A stretch of 64,000 nt of DNA from Acidimicrobiia bacterium (GTDB lineage Bacteria > Actinomycetota > Acidimicrobiia > Acidimicrobiales > Bin134), in contig JAJDYE010000037.1 of NCBI GenBank assembly GCA_022822905.1, positions 38,859-102,858 of the forward strand, read 5' to 3'. Of the stretch, positions 1-9,695 are shown piece after piece (within the stretch, counting starts at the first letter, position 1; each line of letters starts with the position of its first letter). The translations under genes were made by a program, and so were the position numbers. The notes under the pieces were generated by a model. That model had not been told where the DNA came from. It made no database searches and saw only the letters and a list, made by a program, of their open reading frames with translations.

Positions 1-1
1 G

Positions 2-517
2 CTCGCCCTCAGGTGGGGCGACGTCGATTTCTTTGAAGGCGGCGGGCTGGCCACTATATGGATCCGCCGCTCCAAATCCGACCAGAAAGGCCAAGGAGCG
101 GCCGTTGCCATCTCCGAATACGCCGCGCAGGCCCTCGCCCGCATCAAACCAGAAGACGCCCGCCCCGGCGACCTGATATTCGGCTTCTCGCCCAGCACCG
201 CCCGTCGGCGGTTCAAGGCCGCAGCCCTGGCAGCAGGCATTGACCCCGCCGGGATCACCACCCACTCCCCCCGGATCGGCATGGCCCAAGACCTCGCCGA
301 ATGGGGCGTAGAGATGCCCGGCCTCATGCTCGCAGGCCGATGGGACACCGCCGAAATCGCCGCCCAATACACCAAAGGCCTCCAAGCCCGGCACACCCCT
401 GCCGCTCAATACCTCAAAGAACAGCTCCCAGCGAAGATGGGATGGCCACGGGCAGGGTCGGAGTCCGGGGAAACCCGCAGGCCACCGAACACGGCCACCG
501 GTCGAAGAGCCGCCTGA
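2..517 (+). CDS. tyrosine recombinase / phage-type integrase, C-terminal catalytic part (5' end lies outside the window)
   Basis: The frame is open from the window edge and matches ORF 281..517. Sequence LALRWGDVDF...HSPRIGMAQDL...LMLAGRW...AAQYTKG fits the R / HxxR / (H/W) / Y catalytic pattern. Confidence 0.75.
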   Translation, partial: LALRWGDVDFFEGGGLATIWIRRSKSDQKGQGAAVAISEYAAQALARIKPEDARPGDLIFGFSPSTARRRFKAAALAAGIDPAGITTHSPRIGMAQDLAEWGVEMPGLMLAGRWDTAEIAAQYTKGLQARHTPAAQYLKEQLPAKMGWPRAGSESGETRRPPNTATGRRAA

Positions 518-817
518 AGCCCAGCGGCAACCACCCGCGCTTGCGCCCGCCGACAATCACACCGAACAGCCCCAACCCCTCGCCGCTTGACAAGGGATCG
601 TCTGACAGTCCCCCTATCCGCTCAGCCGCTAAGGCGAGCACTCCCGCCCCAGCAAGTTTTTCCTGCTCAGAAAATTTCTTCTTGCGTTTGGCACATTTCC
701 GTGTCAAGGTTACGTTGTTGAAATTACAAGCGCGTTGTTTCCTTTTCATGTACTTAATGGTCCTGAATTCGGAGGCGACGGGCAGGGGGCGACACTTTCC
801 ATTTCCAGGAGGGCGCA

Positions 818-1135
818 ATGAGACTGGTGGAGACGACTGCGAAGCCTTCGCAGACAGGCGACGAAGGTCGGGCTTGGCAAGCACTGGCCAATTGTTTGGG
901 GGTTGACCCCGATTTGTTCTTTCCCGAACGGGGGGCTTCTACCCGAGAGGCCAAGGAGGTCTGCCGGGCCTGCGTGGTGCGCGAAGAATGTCTGGAATAC
1001 GCCATTGTGAATGGTGAGAAATTCGGGATCTGGGGTGGCATGAGCGAGCGGGAGCGGCGCCGGGTACGCCGGGCCCGAGGACTCACGCGGGTGCGGGAGC
1101 CGCTGAAGGCGGTAGCTGACACGTCCGGCGCTTGA
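818..1135 (+). CDS. WhiB-family transcriptional regulator
   Basis: Four-Cys pattern C-x(21)-C-x2-C-x5-C (ANCLG...EVCRACVVREEC) followed by GIWGG and a basic tail, which is typical of Wbl proteins. Confidence 0.9.
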   Translation: MRLVETTAKPSQTGDEGRAWQALANCLGVDPDLFFPERGASTREAKEVCRACVVREECLEYAIVNGEKFGIWGGMSERERRRVRRARGLTRVREPLKAVADTSGA

Positions 1136-1183
1136 GCTGTCCCTGTTGACGCAGTCGGCGCGGTTTCGGGGTAGCCTTGGCCC

Positions 1184-1363
1184 ATGAATCTTGGGGCAAC
1201 GGAGCTGATCATCGTCTTGGTCATCCTGCTGGTGCTGTTCGGCGGGGCCAAGCTCCCCAAGCTGGCCCGCTCGCTGGGTCGGGCCCAGAAGGAATTCAAA
1301 GAAGGCGTGACCGAGGGTTCGAAGGCCGAGGACAGCGCCGACGAGAAGCCCACCGACGCATAG
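1184..1363 (+). CDS. tatA: twin-arginine translocase subunit TatA/E (59 aa, below the ORF-track size cutoff)
   Basis: Hand translation gives MNLGATELIIVLVILLVLFGGAKLPKLARSLGRAQKEFKEG... followed by an acidic tail. This is the canonical TatA TM helix, FGxxKLP hinge and amphipathic helix. Confidence 0.85.
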   Translation: MNLGATELIIVLVILLVLFGGAKLPKLARSLGRAQKEFKEGVTEGSKAEDSADEKPTDA

Positions 1364-1398
1364 CTCCACTCCACAGCTTCATCTAATATCTCGCCTTC

Positions 1399-2241
1399 AT
1401 GACCGCAGCCTCGCCCTCCGAAGAGCTCGTCATGTCGTTGGGCACGCTGTGCGTCAATCCCTTCGAGCTGAATTTCGACCAGTTGGAGTCGTCGCTGGTT
1501 GCGACCGCCGAGGCGGGCTACACCGGCATCAGTGTTTGGCCGTTCGTTTTGGGGACGGCTGGGGTCGATACCGCCTGGCTGGTCGACCGGCTCCAGGAGC
1601 TCGGATTGGCCCACCCAGTGGCTGAAGCTGCTTTCGGCTGGCTGAATTCCGACCGCGACGCGGCCGCAGGAGAGGTGGCCTATCTGGGCCAGTACGCCAA
1701 TGCGGTGGGCAGCCGGGAGCTGGTGGCGGTCACCATGGAGGCCACACTGCCGCCCATGGACGATGTTGTGGATCGCTTCCGAACCTTGTGCCAGGGCGCG
1801 GCCGAGGCCGGCTTGCAGGTGAGCGTGGAGTTCCTCCCCTGGACCGGCATCCCTGATTTGGCCACCGCGTGGGAGATCATCGAGCGGGCCGACTGCGACA
1901 ACAGCGGCATCATGGTGGACACGTGGCACTGGTTCCGCCAGCCCGGCGGCCCCAACCCCGATCTGCTGCGCCAGATTCCCGCCGAGAAGCTGCGGGTGGT
2001 TCAGCTGTGCGATGCCGCCGTCGAGCTCCCCGACGACATGGACATCGCCACCGAGACCATGACCGCCCGACTCCTACCCGGCGAGGGTGCGGTGGACTTC
2101 GCCGAGGTCCTGGGCATCATCACTGATTCGGGTGCCACACCGATCTGGTTCCCCGAGGTGTTCAGCACTCCTCTGGCCGCGGCCGGCCCCGAGACCATGG
2201 CCCCCCAAGTGCTTGCCGCCTCTCGCTCCGTGATGGCGTAG
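1399..2241 (+). CDS. sugar phosphate isomerase/epimerase (xylose-isomerase-like TIM barrel)
   Basis: 280-aa ORF with AGYTGISVWP, VEFLPW and MVDTWHW motifs characteristic of AP-endonuclease-2/xylose-isomerase-like TIM barrels. Confidence 0.7.
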   Translation: MTAASPSEELVMSLGTLCVNPFELNFDQLESSLVATAEAGYTGISVWPFVLGTAGVDTAWLVDRLQELGLAHPVAEAAFGWLNSDRDAAAGEVAYLGQYANAVGSRELVAVTMEATLPPMDDVVDRFRTLCQGAAEAGLQVSVEFLPWTGIPDLATAWEIIERADCDNSGIMVDTWHWFRQPGGPNPDLLRQIPAEKLRVVQLCDAAVELPDDMDIATETMTARLLPGEGAVDFAEVLGIITDSGATPIWFPEVFSTPLAAAGPETMAPQVLAASRSVMA

Positions 2242-2272
2242 CGGACGCCAGTTCCTCAATCGAAAATCACCC

Positions 2273-2497
2273 TCAGGCCGCGGCCTGGCGCAACATCCGG
2301 CGGCGCTGGCGCTCGGAGCGCCCGCCCCACACCCCGTGCTTGATGCGATTGCACAGGGCGTAGGCCAGACAAGCCTCCTGCACCAGGCATTCCTGGCAGA
2401 TTTTCTTGGCCTTCTCCACTCCTAGCCCGTCGCTGGGGAAGAAGATATCGGGCGACTCTTCGACGCATCTGCCGTAAGCCATCCAGCTCTCGTTCAT
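2273..2497 (-). CDS. WhiB-family transcriptional regulator (second paralog)
   Basis: MNESWMAYGRCVEE...KKICQECLVQEACLAYAL...GVWGG gives the 4-Cys Wbl pattern. The start was moved to the ATG at 2497, which has GGAGG 5 nt upstream. Confidence 0.88.
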   Translation of the reverse strand: MNESWMAYGRCVEESPDIFFPSDGLGVEKAKKICQECLVQEACLAYALCNRIKHGVWGGRSERQRRRMLRQAAA

Positions 2498-2721
2498 GGG
2501 ACCTCCATTGATTACATGCCCCCGCATGTAAGACGCCCCACCTCAGCCAAAAGTTCCCTCGCAAAAGGGAATTCATGAGCTATCGGCTGTCCGGAGGCCC
2601 ATCATAGCGGGAAGCATGGAGGAGGGGTGTCGCGGCGAGGTTTGACCGTTGAAGTGCGCATTCGGGATGTCGCCTGATTGCGGTTAGAATGACTCGGCCC
2701 CGATTCCACAGGAGCAACGCG

Positions 2722-3024
2722 ATGACTGACACCATGGATGCCCTGCCCGAGCCGCCGGTTGGGCACGTCAAGGTGGTTTATATGGGCCCAGTGGCGCCCC
2801 ATTGGGACTTCATGTCCGACTTTGGCGACTCGGGGCTCATCGAGCAGTTCAGAACCCGGGCCGAGGCCCGCCTTCTGCTGCTTCCCCCCCATGATCCGCA
2901 GTTCCGCAGGAATCGGGAGCGAATCAACCGGGACGCCGAGCGCGAGAACCTGCTGATCGACTGGGACTTGGGCTACGACGAAGAAGATGAGCAGAGCGAG
3001 ACCGACGGCAGGGGAGAGGGGTAG
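2722..3024 (+). CDS. hypothetical protein with acidic C-terminus
   Basis: ORF with AGGAG upstream of the ATG at 2722. The composition is protein-like and there is no competing gene. No family was recognised. Confidence 0.5.
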   Translation: MTDTMDALPEPPVGHVKVVYMGPVAPHWDFMSDFGDSGLIEQFRTRAEARLLLLPPHDPQFRRNRERINRDAERENLLIDWDLGYDEEDEQSETDGRGEG

Positions 3025-3042
3025 ACCCGAAAGCAGCGCAGC

Positions 3043-5109
3043 ATGGAATTGGAATCCATCGATATTGAGGCTGAGTCTGGACGGTTCATAAACCGCGAGC
3101 TCTCTTGGCTGGAATTCAACAGCCGGGTACTGGCCCAAGCCGAGGATCCATCGCTGCCCTTGCTGGAGCGGGTCAAGTTCTGCGCCATCTGGTGCTCCAA
3201 TCTGGACGAGTTCTTCCAGGTTCGGGTGGCAGGTCTCAAAGACCAGATGGCCGGCCAATTCACCGGCACCACTCCCGACGGCCGCACCGCCGCCCAGCAG
3301 CTCCACGAGATCCGCATCGAAGTAGATCGCCAGATGGACCGGGCGGCCCGCTGCCTGAGCGGCCTGACCGTGGAGATGGCCGACGCCGGCATCGAGATTC
3401 TGAACTGGGACGATCTGGACGACGAAGACCGCAAGTTCCTCTCCGGCGAGTTCGACGACCGCATCTACCCCGTGCTCACCCCTCTGGCGGTGGACCTCGG
3501 ACACCCGTTCCCCTACATATCCAATCTGTCGCTGAGCTTGGGCGTGCTGATGATCGACCCGGCCGACGGCCACCAGCGGTTTGCCCGCCTGAAGGTTCCA
3601 GCCACGTTCGGCCGCTTCCTCCAACTCCCCGACGAGCATCGCTTCGTTCCCATCGAGCAGGTGGTGGCTGCTCACCTCCCCACCCTGTTTCCCGGGATGG
3701 AGATCACCGAGACGGTGGCCTTCCGCGTGACCCGCAACGCCGACTTGGCGGTGGACGAGGGCGAGGCCCAAGACCTGCTGGCCGCGGTGGAGGTGGAACT
3801 GCGCCGCCGCCGATTCCGCAGCGTGGTCCGCCTAGAGGTGGAGCACCTGGTGTCGTCTGAGATCCGCAATCTGCTCATCGAGGAGCTCGACATCGAGCGC
3901 GACGACGTGTACGAGGTGGACACCCTGTTGGAGCTGTCCAGCTTGTGGGATCTGTTCGCGGTGGACCGCCCCGATCTAAAGAACCCGTCGTGGAAACCGG
4001 TCAATCCCCTGCCCTCCAAAGCGCCGGGAGACCAGCCGATCGACTTGTTCGCCCGCATCCGCGAGGGCGACATCCTGGTCCACCATCCCTACGACTCCTT
4101 CACCGCCACCGTGCAGGAGTTCATCTGGCAGGCAGCCAACGACCCCAAAGTGCTGGCCATCAAGCTCACCTTGTACCGAACCTCGGGCGACAGCCCGATC
4201 GTTCGGTCGCTCATCCGGGCCGCAGAGAGCGGCAAGCAGGTGGCGGTGGTGGTGGAGCTCAAGGCCCGCTTCGACGAGGAGGCCAACATCGAGTGGGCCC
4301 GCCGGCTGGAGCAGGCCGGCGTGCACGTGGCCTACGGGCTGGTGGGTCTCAAGGTCCACGCCAAGACCTGTCTGGTGGTGCGGGAAGAGGCCGACGGTGT
4401 GCGCCGCTACTGCCACATCGGCACCGGCAACTACAACTCCATCACTGCCCGGGTGTACACCGATCTGGGGCTGTTCACCGCCGACCCCGAGGTCGGGGTG
4501 GATCTGACCCAGTTGTTCAACTCCTTGACTGGCTACGGCCGCGACATCCAATTCCGCCGCCTGGTGCCCGCGCCCCAAGCCCTGCGCCCCACGGTGACGG
4601 AGCTGATCCGCAATGAGGCCGCCCGCGGTTCCGAAGGCCGGATCATCATGAAGATGAACAGCCTGGCCGATTCCGAGATGGTGGAAGCCCTCTATGAGGC
4701 CTCCCAGGCCGGAGTGGAGATCGATCTGATCGTGCGGGCCATTTGCTGTCTTCGCCCCGGGGTGCCTGGGATGTCGGACACCATCCGGGTCCGCTCCCTT
4801 ATCGGGCGGTACTTGGAACACAGTCGCATCTACTACTTCGGCAACGGCGAGGACATCGGCGCTCCGGCCTACTACATCGGCTCCGCCGATCTCATGCCCC
4901 GTAACCTCATCCGCCGAATCGAAGCTCTGGTGGCGGTGGTCAACCCGGAGCTGCGCCACCGCCTCGACCAAGTGCTGGAATACAACCTCAAAGATGACAC
5001 GCTGGCCTGGGATCTCCTGGCTGACGGGAGCTGGCAGCGGACCCACTCCCAGGGCGGTTTTGAAGCCCATACCGCCTTTGAGCGACTGGCCGTAGCCGCA
5101 ATCTCCTAG
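3043..5109 (+). CDS. ppk1: polyphosphate kinase 1
   Basis: 688 aa. The N-terminus RFINRELSWLEFNSRVLAQAEDPSLPLLERVKFCAIWCSNLDEFFQVRVAGL and the two PLD-like C-terminal domains are diagnostic of PPK1. Confidence 0.97.
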   Translation: MELESIDIEAESGRFINRELSWLEFNSRVLAQAEDPSLPLLERVKFCAIWCSNLDEFFQVRVAGLKDQMAGQFTGTTPDGRTAAQQLHEIRIEVDRQMDRAARCLSGLTVEMADAGIEILNWDDLDDEDRKFLSGEFDDRIYPVLTPLAVDLGHPFPYISNLSLSLGVLMIDPADGHQRFARLKVPATFGRFLQLPDEHRFVPIEQVVAAHLPTLFPGMEITETVAFRVTRNADLAVDEGEAQDLLAAVEVELRRRRFRSVVRLEVEHLVSSEIRNLLIEELDIERDDVYEVDTLLELSSLWDLFAVDRPDLKNPSWKPVNPLPSKAPGDQPIDLFARIREGDILVHHPYDSFTATVQEFIWQAANDPKVLAIKLTLYRTSGDSPIVRSLIRAAESGKQVAVVVELKARFDEEANIEWARRLEQAGVHVAYGLVGLKVHAKTCLVVREEADGVRRYCHIGTGNYNSITARVYTDLGLFTADPEVGVDLTQLFNSLTGYGRDIQFRRLVPAPQALRPTVTELIRNEAARGSEGRIIMKMNSLADSEMVEALYEASQAGVEIDLIVRAICCLRPGVPGMSDTIRVRSLIGRYLEHSRIYYFGNGEDIGAPAYYIGSADLMPRNLIRRIEALVAVVNPELRHRLDQVLEYNLKDDTLAWDLLADGSWQRTHSQGGFEAHTAFERLAVAAIS

Positions 5110-5178
5110 CTGATCGACCGCAGCCGATCAGCTGGATATCCGCATTTTCGGCGCGTTCAAGTCCTACCGTTAACTTCC

Positions 5179-5607
5179 GTGCCTTTCGGAACAGTAGCGG
5201 TCATACTCGGCGGAGGCGGGCTTGTTACCCGTCACAGCGACGGCGAGTTGGAAGTTCTGATGGTCCACCGGCCCAAGCACGATGACTGGTCGCTGCCCGC
5301 AGGCAAACTCGACCCGGGCGAGACGTTGGCGGAGTGCGCTCTGCGCGAGGTCCACGAGGAGTCGGGCTTCGTCTGCGAGTTGGGCCGAGAGCTCGACATG
5401 GTGGAATACGCCGATCGAAGGGGCCGGACCCGTCAAGTCCACTACTGGGAGATGGACGCCATCTCCGGCAGCTTCACCCCCACTCTCGAGGTAGACGCCA
5501 TCGCCTGGGTGCCCCTGGTGGAGTCTTTGAACTACTTCACCAACGAGCGCGACCTCAAGATCGTGAGCGCATTCATGGCCCTGATGGGCGACAGCGTGCT
5601 GGCCTGA
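5179..5607 (+). CDS. NUDIX hydrolase
   Basis: Nudix box GKLDPGETLAECALREVHEESG. Confidence 0.85.
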   Translation: MPFGTVAVILGGGGLVTRHSDGELEVLMVHRPKHDDWSLPAGKLDPGETLAECALREVHEESGFVCELGRELDMVEYADRRGRTRQVHYWEMDAISGSFTPTLEVDAIAWVPLVESLNYFTNERDLKIVSAFMALMGDSVLA

Positions 5608-5635
5608 TTTGGGCCGCTCCAAAGCTTTCGTCCCT

Positions 5636-5657
5636 GTTCACCTCCCGTTCAGACAGT
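5636..5657 (+). promoter_or_regulatory. candidate PHO box: two tandem 11-nt direct-repeat units GTTCACCTCCC GTTCAGACAGT upstream of pstS
   Basis: GTTCAC and GTTCAG recur with exact 11-nt spacing about 90-110 nt upstream of the pstS start. They resemble the actinobacterial PhoP/RegX3-type GTTCACC direct-repeat units. Confidence 0.35.
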
Positions 5658-5745
5658 CGCGGCGGGGCTGAAACCCGCCCTTCCTAGTTTTACGGCTGAC
5701 CCTTTGCGCTGATCGGTGTGTTCAGCGTGCATTCAAGGAGGACAT

Positions 5746-6816
5746 GTGAGGCTACCGAGACTGCTCGTACTGATAATCGGGCTTATGACTACGTTCGCGC
5801 TCGTCGCGGCCGCGTGCGGCAACGATGACGACGATGGGGGCGCAGCCCCAGACTCGGCGGGACAAACTGATTCCGGCGGCGATTCCGTGGGAAGCTCCAG
5901 CAGCGACAGTGGCAGCGGCGGCGATTCCGGTGGCAGCATCTCCGGGTCGGTGACGATCTCGGGTTCGTCGACGGTGGAGCCGATCTCGGTACGGGTGGCT
6001 GAGCTGTTCGAAGAAGTGGAGCCGGATGTGCAGGTGACCGTGGACGGTCCCGGCACTGGTGACGGCTTCAAGCTGTTCTGCGAGGGTGAGACCGACATCT
6101 CCGACGCCTCCCGCCCGATCAAGGACTCCGAGGCCGCCGATTGTGCCGAGAGCGGCATCGAATTCGTCGAGTTGCGGGTGGGCATCGACGGCATCGCGGT
6201 GATGACCGGCGAGGGCAACCCGGTGGGGTGCGTGAGTTTCAACGACATCTATGGCCTGGTGGGGCCGGAGTCGACCGGGTTCGGCTCGTGGTCGGACGCC
6301 GGCTCGCTGGGGCTCACTACTTCGAATCTTCCGGACGCTGAATTGGACATATACGGTCCGGGCGAGGAGTCGGGTACGTTCGACAGCTTCATCGAGATCG
6401 TGCTGGAGGACATCGCCGACGAGCGGGGCCAAGACGCCACCACCCGTCCCGACTACAACGCCAACGCCGATGACAACGTGATCATCCAGGGCATCCAGTC
6501 GAGCGACACCAGCTTCGGCTGGGTCGGGTTCGCCTTCGCGGCCCACGCCTCGGGCGTGAAGCTGCTCGATGTGGACGGCGGCGACGGCTGCGTGGGCGCC
6601 AACGCCGACACCATCGCCTCGGGCGAGTACCCCGTGTCCCGCTCGCTGTACATCTACGTGAACAAGGCCAAAGCGGCGGCCAACCCGGCCCTAGTCGCCT
6701 ACGTCGACTACTACATGAGCGACGACGGCCTGGGCACCGCGGTGAGCGACGTGGGCTACGTGAACCTCACCGACGACGCCAAAGGCGCCACCCGGGCCAA
6801 CTGGGCCGGACGCTAA
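5746..6816 (+). CDS. pstS: phosphate ABC transporter substrate-binding lipoprotein PstS
   Basis: GSSTVEP...DGPGTGDGF...DISDASRPIK motifs. The signal peptide has lipobox LVAAAC. GTG at 5746 is preferred as the start (AAGGAGG 4 nt upstream). Confidence 0.9.
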   Translation: MRLPRLLVLIIGLMTTFALVAAACGNDDDDGGAAPDSAGQTDSGGDSVGSSSSDSGSGGDSGGSISGSVTISGSSTVEPISVRVAELFEEVEPDVQVTVDGPGTGDGFKLFCEGETDISDASRPIKDSEAADCAESGIEFVELRVGIDGIAVMTGEGNPVGCVSFNDIYGLVGPESTGFGSWSDAGSLGLTTSNLPDAELDIYGPGEESGTFDSFIEIVLEDIADERGQDATTRPDYNANADDNVIIQGIQSSDTSFGWVGFAFAAHASGVKLLDVDGGDGCVGANADTIASGEYPVSRSLYIYVNKAKAAANPALVAYVDYYMSDDGLGTAVSDVGYVNLTDDAKGATRANWAGR

Positions 6817-6856
6817 ACCGGAGAAGCCAAATGGCAGTGCCGATGACCAGTAGCGT

Positions 6857-7807
6857 GTGCTCGTGACCGACACCCGTGTCGATCCTGCTGAGGGGTTCTC
6901 CGTCGAATCGCTGGCGGCGAACCCCCGGCAGGCCCGCAAGGAGCGGTTGATTAGAGACTCTCTGGGGGCCACCGCGCTGGTGTCGGTGTTGATCTCTGGC
7001 CTGATCATCTGGTCGCTGTTCTCCGAAGCCTGGACGTTCATGGTCGAGGTGGATTGGGGCGCGGTATGGGATATCGGCTGGTTCCCCCGTCGGGGCATAT
7101 ACGACATCAAGACGCTGATCGTGGCCAGCTTGATCATCACTGGCATCGCCATGATCGTGGCTGGGCCACTGGGATTAGGCGCCGCCATCTATTTGTCGGA
7201 ATACGCCCGACCTGGTGTCCGGCGGACTCTCAAGCCCATCTTGGAGATCCTGGCCGGGATTCCCAGCGTGGTGCTCGGCTTCTTCGCTCTGGAGTGGATA
7301 GCCCCCAACGTGGTCAAAACCCTCTTCGGGGGGCCAGCAGCCGGCTCGCTGCTGGCCGCCGGTATCGGCGTAGGGGTTCTCGTGGTTCCACTGGTGGCAT
7401 CCATCTCTGAGGACGCCATGAAGGCGGTGCCCATGTCGTTGCGGGAAGCCTCCTCTGGATTGGGGGCCCGCAAGATCACCACCACGGTGCGAGTTGTGCT
7501 GCCCGCCGCCGTCTCAGGCTTGATGGCGGCGTTCATCGTGGCCATTTCTCGGGCCTTGGGCGAGACCATGGTGGTCTTCATGGCCGGAGGTGCGGCCCAA
7601 ACTGCCGTTTACACCCACGACCCGCTGGACGGCAGCCTCACCATGACGGCGGGGATGACCTCCTTGGCCCGGGGAACCGACAGCGTGGTGGGCGAGGGCC
7701 TCACCTTCCAGAGCCTCTTCTTCGTGGGTCTGGTGCTGTTCGTGGTGACCTTCGGCTTGAATCTGGTGGCCGACCGCTTCGTCCACCGAGTGAGAGAGCA
7801 GTACTGA
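6857..7807 (+). CDS. pstC: phosphate ABC transporter permease PstC
   Basis: 316-aa polytopic permease with an EAA-like loop, lying directly between pstS and pstA. Confidence 0.9.
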   Translation: MLVTDTRVDPAEGFSVESLAANPRQARKERLIRDSLGATALVSVLISGLIIWSLFSEAWTFMVEVDWGAVWDIGWFPRRGIYDIKTLIVASLIITGIAMIVAGPLGLGAAIYLSEYARPGVRRTLKPILEILAGIPSVVLGFFALEWIAPNVVKTLFGGPAAGSLLAAGIGVGVLVVPLVASISEDAMKAVPMSLREASSGLGARKITTTVRVVLPAAVSGLMAAFIVAISRALGETMVVFMAGGAAQTAVYTHDPLDGSLTMTAGMTSLARGTDSVVGEGLTFQSLFFVGLVLFVVTFGLNLVADRFVHRVREQY

Positions 7808-8763
7808 TGGCCAAGGCACGGCTGATCGGGGATCGCACCAGCAAGGTGATGGTGCAGGCCATGGAGCGTCGGGCCACCGACGTACGGGGACGAGTGTTTC
7901 AGATCACTCTGCTGACCACCCTTTTGATCTCGCTGTTCATCCTCGGCGTGTTGATTGTGGATGTGGTGGTTGATTCCTGGGGTGTGCTCACCGGACGGCC
8001 GGGCGGCTTCTTGGCGGGCACCATGCGCTCCCTTTCCGACGATCCCAAGCTGGGCGTGCATCAAGCCTTGGTGGGCACCTTCTGGATTGCCGTCTTTGTG
8101 GCCGTGCTGGCCTTCCCCATCGGCATCGGCGCCGCCATCTGGTTGGAGGAATACGCCCTGAAGAACCGGTTCACCCGGTTCATCGAGCTGAACATCCGCA
8201 ACCTGGCTGGGGTCCCCTCAATTGTGTACGGCCTGCTCGGCTTGTTCTTGTTCGTGAAGAGCCTGGGCGACCTCACTGGCGGCAAGTCCATTGCCGCCGC
8301 GGGCATCACGCTCGCCATCCTGGTGCTTCCCATTGTGATCATCACCGCTCAAGAGGCCATTCGGGCGGTTCCCCAAGGGCTTAAGGAGGGGGCCTACGGG
8401 GTGGGGGCCACCAAGTGGACCATGATTCGCAGCCAGGTGCTGCCCTACGCTGCGCCCGGCATCTTCACCGGGACGCTGCTGTCTATGTCACGAGGCATCG
8501 GCGAAGCCGCTCCGCTGCTTTTGGTAGGCGCGGTCACCGGCCGGCTGGGAAGCAATCCGAGCTTCTTCGACCTCAGCGCCATCAACGCCGAGGCTTTCAT
8601 GGCCATGCCGGTGATCATCGTGGAGTGGGTGCAGAACTCGGGTCGTGATCCGGGCTTTGCCGAGGCCGCGGCGGCGGCCATAGTGGTGCTGCTGGTATTC
8701 GTTATCCTGATGAATGCAGCGGCCATCTTCTTGCGCAACCACTTCGAAAAGAAGAGAGGATGA
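7807..8763 (+). CDS. pstA: phosphate ABC transporter permease PstA
   Basis: 318-aa permease. Its start overlaps the pstC stop. Confidence 0.9.
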   Translation: MAKARLIGDRTSKVMVQAMERRATDVRGRVFQITLLTTLLISLFILGVLIVDVVVDSWGVLTGRPGGFLAGTMRSLSDDPKLGVHQALVGTFWIAVFVAVLAFPIGIGAAIWLEEYALKNRFTRFIELNIRNLAGVPSIVYGLLGLFLFVKSLGDLTGGKSIAAAGITLAILVLPIVIITAQEAIRAVPQGLKEGAYGVGATKWTMIRSQVLPYAAPGIFTGTLLSMSRGIGEAAPLLLVGAVTGRLGSNPSFFDLSAINAEAFMAMPVIIVEWVQNSGRDPGFAEAAAAAIVVLLVFVILMNAAAIFLRNHFEKKRG

Positions 8764-8766
8764 CTC

Positions 8767-9675
8767 GTGGAAGCTGTCACTGAGAGCATAAGGACCGACC
8801 AGATGGAGCAAGCAGAACCGGAAGCCTCTCCCCGTCTCGGCCTGGATCTCGACCGAGCGGTGCAGGCCGCCGCCCCGGATGCCGTGGGCGACGCGGTGTT
8901 CGAAGTGGAAGACCTGAACGTGTACTACGGCGACTTTCGGGCCGTGCAAGATGCCTCCTTCACGGTGTACAAGCACGAGATCACCGCCATGATCGGCCCC
9001 TCCGGTTGCGGCAAGACCACGGTGTTGCGCTGCTTCAACCGTATGAACGACCTCATCCCCACGGCCCGGGTGGAGGGCCGCCTGGATTTCCAGAAGGTGC
9101 CCATCTACGACCCCCGGGTGGACCCGGTTGAGGTTCGCCGCCGCATTGGCATGGTGTTCCAGAAGCCAAACCCGTTCCCCAAGTCGATCTACGACAACAT
9201 CGCATTCGGCCCCCGGGTTACCGGAATGGCCAAGAAGAAGAGCGACTTGGACGACATCGTGGAGCGGTCTCTGAACCGGGCCGCCCTGTGGGACGAGGTA
9301 AACGACCGGATGAAGGACTCCGCCCTCGGGTTGTCCGGCGGCCAGCAGCAGCGCCTGTGCATCGCCCGTGCCATCGCCGTCGATCCCGATGTGCTTTTGA
9401 TGGACGAGCCGTGCTCTGCTCTCGACCCCATCGCCACCGCCCGCATTGAAGATCTGATGCAGGAGATCAAAAACGACTACACCATCGTGATCGTCACCCA
9501 CAACATGCAACAGGCGGCCCGTATCAGCAACCGCACGGCGTTCTTCACTGCGCAACTCGACTCCACCACCGACCAGCGGTGCGGGCTCCTGGTGGAGTAC
9601 GACCGCACAGAGACCATCTTCTCGAACCCCTCCGACGAGCGGACCGAGAACTACGTCACCGGGCGGTTCGGCTGA
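8767..9675 (+). CDS. pstB: phosphate ABC transporter ATP-binding protein PstB
   Basis: Walker [10 protein letters not shown], signature [14 protein letters not shown] and Walker [12 protein letters not shown]. The PstB-typical C-terminus [10 protein letters not shown] is present. Confidence 0.95.
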   Translation: MEAVTESIRTDQMEQAEPEASPRLGLDLDRAVQAAAPDAVGDAVFEVEDLNVYYGDFRAVQDASFTVYKHEITAMIGPSGCGKTTVLRCFNRMNDLIPTARVEGRLDFQKVPIYDPRVDPVEVRRRIGMVFQKPNPFPKSIYDNIAFGPRVTGMAKKKSDLDDIVERSLNRAALWDEVNDRMKDSALGLSGGQQQRLCIARAIAVDPDVLLMDEPCSALDPIATARIEDLMQEIKNDYTIVIVTHNMQQAARISNRTAFFTAQLDSTTDQRCGLLVEYDRTETIFSNPSDERTENYVTGRFG

Positions 9676-9695
9676 GCACCGCTCCAGAGCCCGGG

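Noticed and set aside
414-884. Minus-strand ORF with a basic N-terminus MKRKQRACNFNNVTLTRKCAKRKKKF starting in the AT-rich spacer (ATG at 749).
   Set aside because: It runs antisense through the integrase 3' end, the later sequence is low-complexity, and there is no recognisable family. It could still hide a very small basic protein, but the support is insufficient.
2602-3771. Very long ORFs antisense to, or out of frame with, strongly supported genes. Examples: 754..1929-, 2602..3771-, 3976..5070-, 8488..9555-, 9879..10985-, 19143..20198-, 20622..21581-, 45756..46595+, 50526..51839+, 61141..62148+.
   Set aside because: These are typical high-GC shadow ORFs. Their translations are Arg/Gly/Pro/His-rich with no motifs. 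Each overlaps a gene with diagnostic motifs on the other strand or frame.
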